Of a stretch of 64,000 nucleotides of DNA, positions 58,909-64,000 are shown piece by piece (position 1 is the first letter of the stretch; each line of letters starts with the position of its first letter). Source of the DNA: Candidatus Thorarchaeota archaeon (lineage in GTDB: Archaea; Asgardarchaeota; Thorarchaeia; Thorarchaeales; Thorarchaeaceae). The DNA lies in the NCBI GenBank assembly GCA_048884965.1, contig JBHLQH010000001.1, positions 192,001 through 256,000 of the forward strand. The letters run 5' to 3'. The notes beneath the pieces are model-generated. The model had not been told where the DNA came from, did not search any database, and worked only from the letters and a program-made list of their open reading frames with translations. Position numbers and translations under genes: made by a program.

Positions 58909-60129
58909 TCAGTCCATTCTGAGTGCAACAACCGCTACTGCCATCGCTGCAATGATTAACACTGCGATGAATAGGATTCTCCAATCGATCAATGGAGGAG
59001 CTGGATTGTTAGGATCTGCCTCGTACATCAGATTTCGGTATGAATGATTGATTGGATCAAGGAGGTTCAGTGATTTCAATGCAAGTCCTGCATAGAATAA
59101 ACTTCCTTCCTCAATACCTGGTGTATTGCCCCAAGCACCATCGTGTGCTTGACAATCCACTATGAAGCGCGAAGCGAGATCGGCGTCAATTGAATCAATG
59201 CCACCAATCAAACTAAGTATTTCGAGAGCATGGAATGTTGATTCTAAGTTTGTATCATTCGTCAATATAGATTCAGTGAACCCACCGATGTCAAGTTGAT
59301 CGCCACTTGTAGTTACTTGTTTTTCGACAATCCAATTTCTCATCGCTTGCTGTTCAGTTGGGGAAAGAACATTTAGTTGGTTTAGCTCATTCAGTGCCAG
59401 AAGCCCTGCTGCTGTTGCTGACAAGCTTGGAATATGCGACTCAGGAGTAAGCTTGAATGCATCTCCATCTGTACAATTGAGAATATATTGCATGGTAGCT
59501 GTTGAGTTCCACAACCAATCATTAATGGAACCTTCAGTCATGTCCAGCATGGCATTCATTATATAGAGCGCATAGAAAGTTGAGATGAGATTCGCTGGAG
59601 CTCCATCGGCTGACCCGAATCCTCCGCTAGTTGTCTGTGTTTTGTTAACGTAGACTAGAGCTGCGGTGGCATTAATAGCCTCAACATCAGCCATGTCTGG
59701 AATATCACTCTGCTCCTCCATCAGCTGCCACATTTTGATTGCCCAGTATGAGTTCTCAATACTAACTGGTCCTGCAATGTATAACGAGAAGCCGCCCCAT
59801 CTTTCATAATCCTCTCCACCACTCTTCCACTGGAGTTTCCTGGTGAAGTTCTTGATTTTCACAAGATCCGTGACCGGAGGACGGAAACTAAGCATGTCCA
59901 TCTCTTCGTACACCATCATGGCTCCAACAGTGGGATACAATCTTGATGTTTCAGTGTCAGGGAAGGAATACCCACCCTCACCATTATCTATCGGATCATC
60001 GTAGTTCTCTTTCATGTAATTCTCTACAGACTGCCATCGAGTAGTCTCTGCTGAAATTGGCACTATCATAAATGACATTGCAACTAGTGTAAGTACGATT
60101 GCTATACTCGCAACTTGGACCTTATTCAT
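58909..60129 (-). CDS. Secreted/anchored prenyltransferase-beta (PFTB alpha-alpha barrel) repeat protein
   Basis: Repeats Q..SGGF...STFYAL, CQ..DGAWG, GGF...STFHAL; signal peptide and C-terminal TM. Confidence 0.75.
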   Translation of the reverse strand: MNKVQVASIAIVLTLVAMSFMIVPISAETTRWQSVENYMKENYDDPIDNGEGGYSFPDTETSRLYPTVGAMMVYEEMDMLSFRPPVTDLVKIKNFTRKLQWKSGGEDYERWGGFSLYIAGPVSIENSYWAIKMWQLMEEQSDIPDMADVEAINATAALVYVNKTQTTSGGFGSADGAPANLISTFYALYIMNAMLDMTEGSINDWLWNSTATMQYILNCTDGDAFKLTPESHIPSLSATAAGLLALNELNQLNVLSPTEQQAMRNWIVEKQVTTSGDQLDIGGFTESILTNDTNLESTFHALEILSLIGGIDSIDADLASRFIVDCQAHDGAWGNTPGIEEGSLFYAGLALKSLNLLDPINHSYRNLMYEADPNNPAPPLIDWRILFIAVLIIAAMAVAVVALRMD

Positions 60130-60333
60130 TTAATCATCCCGGTCAAATGTGATGTCGCCTAAAGCTATCGCTCAGCGCGAGAGCCCACCATTGCGGCTGT
60201 GTTATTAACGTTTCCCCAAGGAGGAGGATTGTACTGCTGAAAAATCCAATTCCCTAGAATATTGAATTTTGAATGAGATGGGGATATTTGAATGTATATC
60301 CAATCTCCCCTTAAATTAAACCAAAACACTCCT

Positions 60334-60951
60334 TCAGGATTTTCGTCTTTTTGGAAAGTACATGCCTACTTGCCTGCGATACTCGATATAGGACTCACCA
60401 TATCGTAGGATTAAATCCCTCTCCTCAACAATGGACATGTAAAAGAATATCGGGATCCATAAGAATGAGAACAGGAATAGAAATGTGCTATTCAGAACCA
60501 GAGCTATGATATGACCAGTCCACACCTCTCCTAGGGATTGGGGGTGTCGAATCCAATTGTAGATGCCACCGTACATCTCATGCTCTTTCTTTGGACGCAA
60601 GGTTTCTTCGCCAGCATCTCGCACTCCTAATCCCATGAGTAGGAATGAAGGTATTGCAATCAATACTGCTAGAATTAGAGAAACACTATACTCCCAAGGT
60701 AGGTTGATAGGTATTGGGAGGGGAAGTGGGAAGAAGTAATAGAGCAGATATGCCAGAAAGAAGAGGAAGAACGTTATCGAAGCATACTCTCGATATCTTT
60801 CACATTTCTCATATGCTATCTGCCCAATTTCTTTCTCAAGCCTTGCAGGCTGAACACTCTTGATGTAGAGGTATAGGGATGCCAATGTGCTTCCGATGAG
60901 AAAAATCAGGTTTAGCCATTCAATCATGATGTTCACTATTTCATAAAACAC
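60334..60951 (-). CDS. ICMT/Ste14/PEMT-family membrane methyltransferase
   Basis: GIYNWIRHPQ, EERDL..RYG.SY.EYRRQV. Confidence 0.85.
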   Translation of the reverse strand: MFYEIVNIMIEWLNLIFLIGSTLASLYLYIKSVQPARLEKEIGQIAYEKCERYREYASITFFLFFLAYLLYYFFPLPLPIPINLPWEYSVSLILAVLIAIPSFLLMGLGVRDAGEETLRPKKEHEMYGGIYNWIRHPQSLGEVWTGHIIALVLNSTFLFLFSFLWIPIFFYMSIVEERDLILRYGESYIEYRRQVGMYFPKRRKS

Positions 60952-61019
60952 ACTGATGTAATATAAGCAAGCGCGAGAAAATCGACGTATTATACGGTAT
61001 TCACCGTATGCGTCCCTGA

Positions 61020-62021
61020 CTATCCACCATATCCTCTTGGATCAGTTCTCTGCAATTCTCGTATATAGATATAGGCTGAATCTGCGGCAATTGCTCCTTG
61101 ACCAACTGCGACCGCGATTTGTTTCATAGACTCAACAACATCTCCTGCTGCGAAGAATCCTGGGATGTTGGTGGTCTGATTGGCCTGCACAAGGATTTCT
61201 CCATTCCTGTTCGTTTCTACTCCTAGATCAATTGCCAACTGACTATTCGGTGAAGAACCCAGCGCAACAAACGCTCCATCAACTTCTACGATTCTTTCTT
61301 CACCAGTCTTTAGGTCCTCAAGAACTACTTCACGAAGTAAGTCATCTCCTCTGAATTCCTTCACAACATGACTCCATTTGATCTCTACCTTTGCATCGAA
61401 CACCATGTCCTGCATAGCTTTCTCAGCACGTAATTCATCCCGTCGATGAACAAGGATAGTATTCTCTGTTAGTTCAGAGAGATAGACCGATTCAACAGCT
61501 GCAGTATTTCCCCCTCCAATAACTAGAACTCGTTTGTTTCTAAAGAGAGGTCCATCACAGGTCGCACAGAAGGAAACTCCTCGTCCAGTGAACTCAGCCT
61601 CGCCAGGGACGTCTAGGTGTCTATGACCTCCACCAGTCGCGAAGATAATTGCTCTTGATCGGTAATTGCCTCTTCGCGTTTCAAGAATGAAATCTCCCTT
61701 TTCACCTTCTTCGCGAGAGATTTTCTTCACTTCAGTAATCTCTCTGATCTTGGCTCCGGTTGCTTTTACCTGCTCTTTCATCTTAGATGCCAAATCGATT
61801 CCAGTTATGTAGGTAAATCCCGGATAGTTCTCGATTCCAGGACTAGTAGCTTGAGCACCTCCTAGGACTGCTGACTCTAGAAGCAAGGTCTTCAAGCCAT
61901 AACGTGCCGCATAGATTGCAGCCGTCATCCCTGCTGGACCTCCTCCAATGATGATGACTTCCCATTCAAGGTCCTCGTCTGTTGGTGTCTTGGACGTTCC
62001 TGTGATTTTCATATGCAACAA
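61020..62021 (-). CDS. trxB: Thioredoxin reductase
   Basis: GGGPAG, GVSFCATCDG, GGGNTA, HRR, FAAGD. Confidence 0.95.
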   Translation of the reverse strand: MLHMKITGTSKTPTDEDLEWEVIIIGGGPAGMTAAIYAARYGLKTLLLESAVLGGAQATSPGIENYPGFTYITGIDLASKMKEQVKATGAKIREITEVKKISREEGEKGDFILETRRGNYRSRAIIFATGGGHRHLDVPGEAEFTGRGVSFCATCDGPLFRNKRVLVIGGGNTAAVESVYLSELTENTILVHRRDELRAEKAMQDMVFDAKVEIKWSHVVKEFRGDDLLREVVLEDLKTGEERIVEVDGAFVALGSSPNSQLAIDLGVETNRNGEILVQANQTTNIPGFFAAGDVVESMKQIAVAVGQGAIAADSAYIYIRELQRTDPRGYGG

Positions 62022-62055
62022 CTCACATTCATCGTAAGGTCTTAATCATTCTTTC

Positions 62056-62907
62056 TCATACAATGCCCATTTTCTCAAGTTGCCATTCATCTATATCTTC
62101 GCCTGCAGAGATAAGAATTCTCTCAATAGGCTTGATTATTTCTGCGACTCTTGAGAATGGTACTTCTCGAATTGCCTGGCTTTTGAATTTCTTCAATATA
62201 GTAGCTTTCCTAAACCGTTCTGCATCATATACAAATATATGGCCTGGACCGGTCACGAGTACTGTATCTACATCATCGAGTCCTTCCCACGGCCATGCTG
62301 TATTGTTGAAGCTTTCAATAATGGTAATCTCAGCTGATCTTTCTATGTACTCTAAGTTTGAATCAAGCACTCCTTCCAGAACCTGTTCTGTATATGCTAG
62401 AACCTCTTCTAACGAATTAAAGGGTATAATCTCATTTTCATGAGTAAGAGTGTTTGCGTATTCAGGCGTCAGCATGAGACGCCCAGATACAATGAGATTC
62501 TTCGCCACTAGTGCAACAGATTTGATTCCATCAGTATCCGGCTTTGAGAATCTTCTCAAGGCAAAGATTGAATCCCACCCATTCATGGCGAGGGAGTGAG
62601 AAATAATCTCGTCAGGTCGCTCCAGAATCGCTGGCACAAACAAGGTGTGAATGGGGTTAATGATCTCTATTGGGAGAGTTGAGTCCAAAGCCATTCTTGC
62701 TCTGTGTGCATCCAAGGAATAGATCTTCTTGTCTTTGAAGCAAGTCTGGATATGGTCGTACCTGTACCAATAGTTGCTTCCACTCATGGGTTTGAAGTAC
62801 TCCACCAATTTTCCATTTGCTTTGAGGGACTTTGCCACCTTCAAGGACAGATTTGTCTTTCCTGAATCAAATGGATTCGCTCCGATAATCAATATCCTCT
62901 TGGACAT
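62056..62907 (-). CDS. Archaeal BioD-like P-loop NTPase (COG4028-like)
   Basis: FDSGKT, FKPMSGSNYW, INP, IESFN. Confidence 0.75.
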   Translation of the reverse strand: MSKRILIIGANPFDSGKTNLSLKVAKSLKANGKLVEYFKPMSGSNYWYRYDHIQTCFKDKKIYSLDAHRARMALDSTLPIEIINPIHTLFVPAILERPDEIISHSLAMNGWDSIFALRRFSKPDTDGIKSVALVAKNLIVSGRLMLTPEYANTLTHENEIIPFNSLEEVLAYTEQVLEGVLDSNLEYIERSAEITIIESFNNTAWPWEGLDDVDTVLVTGPGHIFVYDAERFRKATILKKFKSQAIREVPFSRVAEIIKPIERILISAGEDIDEWQLEKMGIV

Positions 62908-62920
62908 TCGAGTACACCTG

Positions 62921-62954
62921 AAAAAAGGAAAAGTAAGGAGCCCAATAGGCTCCT
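62921..62954 (-). terminator. Hairpin plus T tract after the thermosome gene
   Basis: AGGAGCC-N5-GGCTCCT followed on the minus strand by TACTTTTCCTTTTTT. Confidence 0.7.
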
Positions 62955-62970
62955 CGTATTGTGTCTGATA

Positions 62971-64000
62971 TTACATCATTCCGGGCATGCCGCCCATGCC
63001 GCCCATGCCACCCATACCAGCGCCACCCATATCAGGTGCTGCGCTAGCTTTGGCAGCGATTACGTCATCAATCCTAAGGATCATCTGAGCAGCTTCTGCA
63101 GCTGAACGAACTGCTTGATGCTTGACACGTACTGGCTCAATGACTCCTTCTTTCATCATATCAACAGTTTTACCCTTGATCACGTCAACGCCTATCCATA
63201 AGCCAGTTGCTTCAGCGTGCTCCTTGTTCAAGTCTGTGATGATGTCAATAGGATCATGTCCGCCATTCTCAGTAAGAGTTTTGGGAATGATTCTTAATGC
63301 CTCTGCAAATGCTTCTATTGCTAGTTGCTCTCTGCCTTTGACCTTACCCGCGTATATCTCAAGTCTCTTGGCGAGTTCAGCTTCAGTTGAACCTCCACCT
63401 GCAACATATATGCCATCTTCTACGACGTTTCTGACGACGCAAAGAGCATCATGTAGGGCTCTGTCAGCTTCATCAACAACATGCTCAGTACCACCACGGA
63501 TCACAATTGACACTGCTTTCGGGTCCTTGCAATCCCTAACGTAAACAAGCTTGTCATCACCGATTTTTGCCTCTTCGACAATTCCGGCATATCCAATTTG
63601 ATCGGCTGCAAGTTCATCAAGACTTGATGCTACCTGAGCACCTGTGGCCTTTGCGAGCTTATCAAGGGTACTTTTCTTTGCTCTGCGAATTGCCATGATT
63701 CCAGCTTTTGCTAGAAAATGCTGTGCTACATCATCAATTCCCTTCTGGCAAACAAGAACATTTGCTCCAGAATTGATGACCTTGTTAACCATGTTTACAA
63801 GCATCTGTTCCTCTTGGTCTAGGAATGCCTTAATTTGGTCGGGGCTGTCAATCTTGATCTCTGCATCAAACTCAGTCTTTTCGATTTCGATTGCAGCATT
63901 TACTAGAGCAATTTTGGCTCCCTCGATCTTTCTTGGCATTGAAGCATGAACGATCTCCTTGTCAATGACCATACCGTTGATTAGTTCGGTTTCTTCTAGG
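62971..64000 (-). CDS. Thermosome (group II chaperonin) subunit, 5' end beyond window
   Basis: QKGIDD, RGGTEHVVDE, AGGG, LRIDDVI, GGM-repeat tail. Confidence 0.97.
   Translation of the reverse strand, partial: LEETELINGMVIDKEIVHASMPRKIEGAKIALVNAAIEIEKTEFDAEIKIDSPDQIKAFLDQEEQMLVNMVNKVINSGANVLVCQKGIDDVAQHFLAKAGIMAIRRAKKSTLDKLAKATGAQVASSLDELAADQIGYAGIVEEAKIGDDKLVYVRDCKDPKAVSIVIRGGTEHVVDEADRALHDALCVVRNVVEDGIYVAGGGSTEAELAKRLEIYAGKVKGREQLAIEAFAEALRIIPKTLTENGGHDPIDIITDLNKEHAEATGLWIGVDVIKGKTVDMMKEGVIEPVRVKHQAVRSAAEAAQMILRIDDVIAAKASAAPDMGGAGMGGMGGMGGMPGMM

Noticed and set aside
58832-58984. N-terminal extension of the 57248 ORF
   Set aside because: Overlaps the upstream gene; low-plausibility sequence
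62971-63030. GCCCAT-type microrepeat
   Set aside because: Simply encodes the normal GGM tail of chaperonins

Overview
Chromosomal DNA from an archaeon, most likely an Asgard archaeon (Thorarchaeota-like; inferred from a longin-domain protein, an Smc5/6-like SMC, thermosome, ZPR1, the thiolase/HMG-CoA synthase/DUF35 operon and a TPR protein starting MKPLGTIT). Housekeeping genes occupy both ends: ubiX, PadR plus a heterodimeric ABC exporter, tRNA-Ala(TGC), a SERCA-like P-type ATPase, a K+-independent membrane PPase, nfnAB, nnr, a CoaD-DUF359 fusion, trxB and thermosome. An accessory-looking interval (~21.5-37.5 kb) lies between them. Main findings: (1) an Smc5/6-like SMC with a kleisin, preceded by a catalytically dead CDC48-type AAA+ gene and divergent from a MoxR/vWA-HExxH pair, plus a KITE-like gene 11 kb away; (2) two unannotated paralogous ~30-aa peptide genes translationally coupled to a CUG-initiated MFS exporter; (3) a four-copy non-coding repeat whose full 80-bp copy looks like a MITE or a promoter-driven small structured RNA, associated with three paralogous 3-TM proteins; (4) an NPRL2/3 (GATOR1)-like longin-winged-helix protein next to a multi-TM protein; (5) tandem orphan EutA-like ATPases with a novel N-terminal domain upstream of a QueG-like Fe-S protein. 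All assignments come from motif reading; no searches were run.
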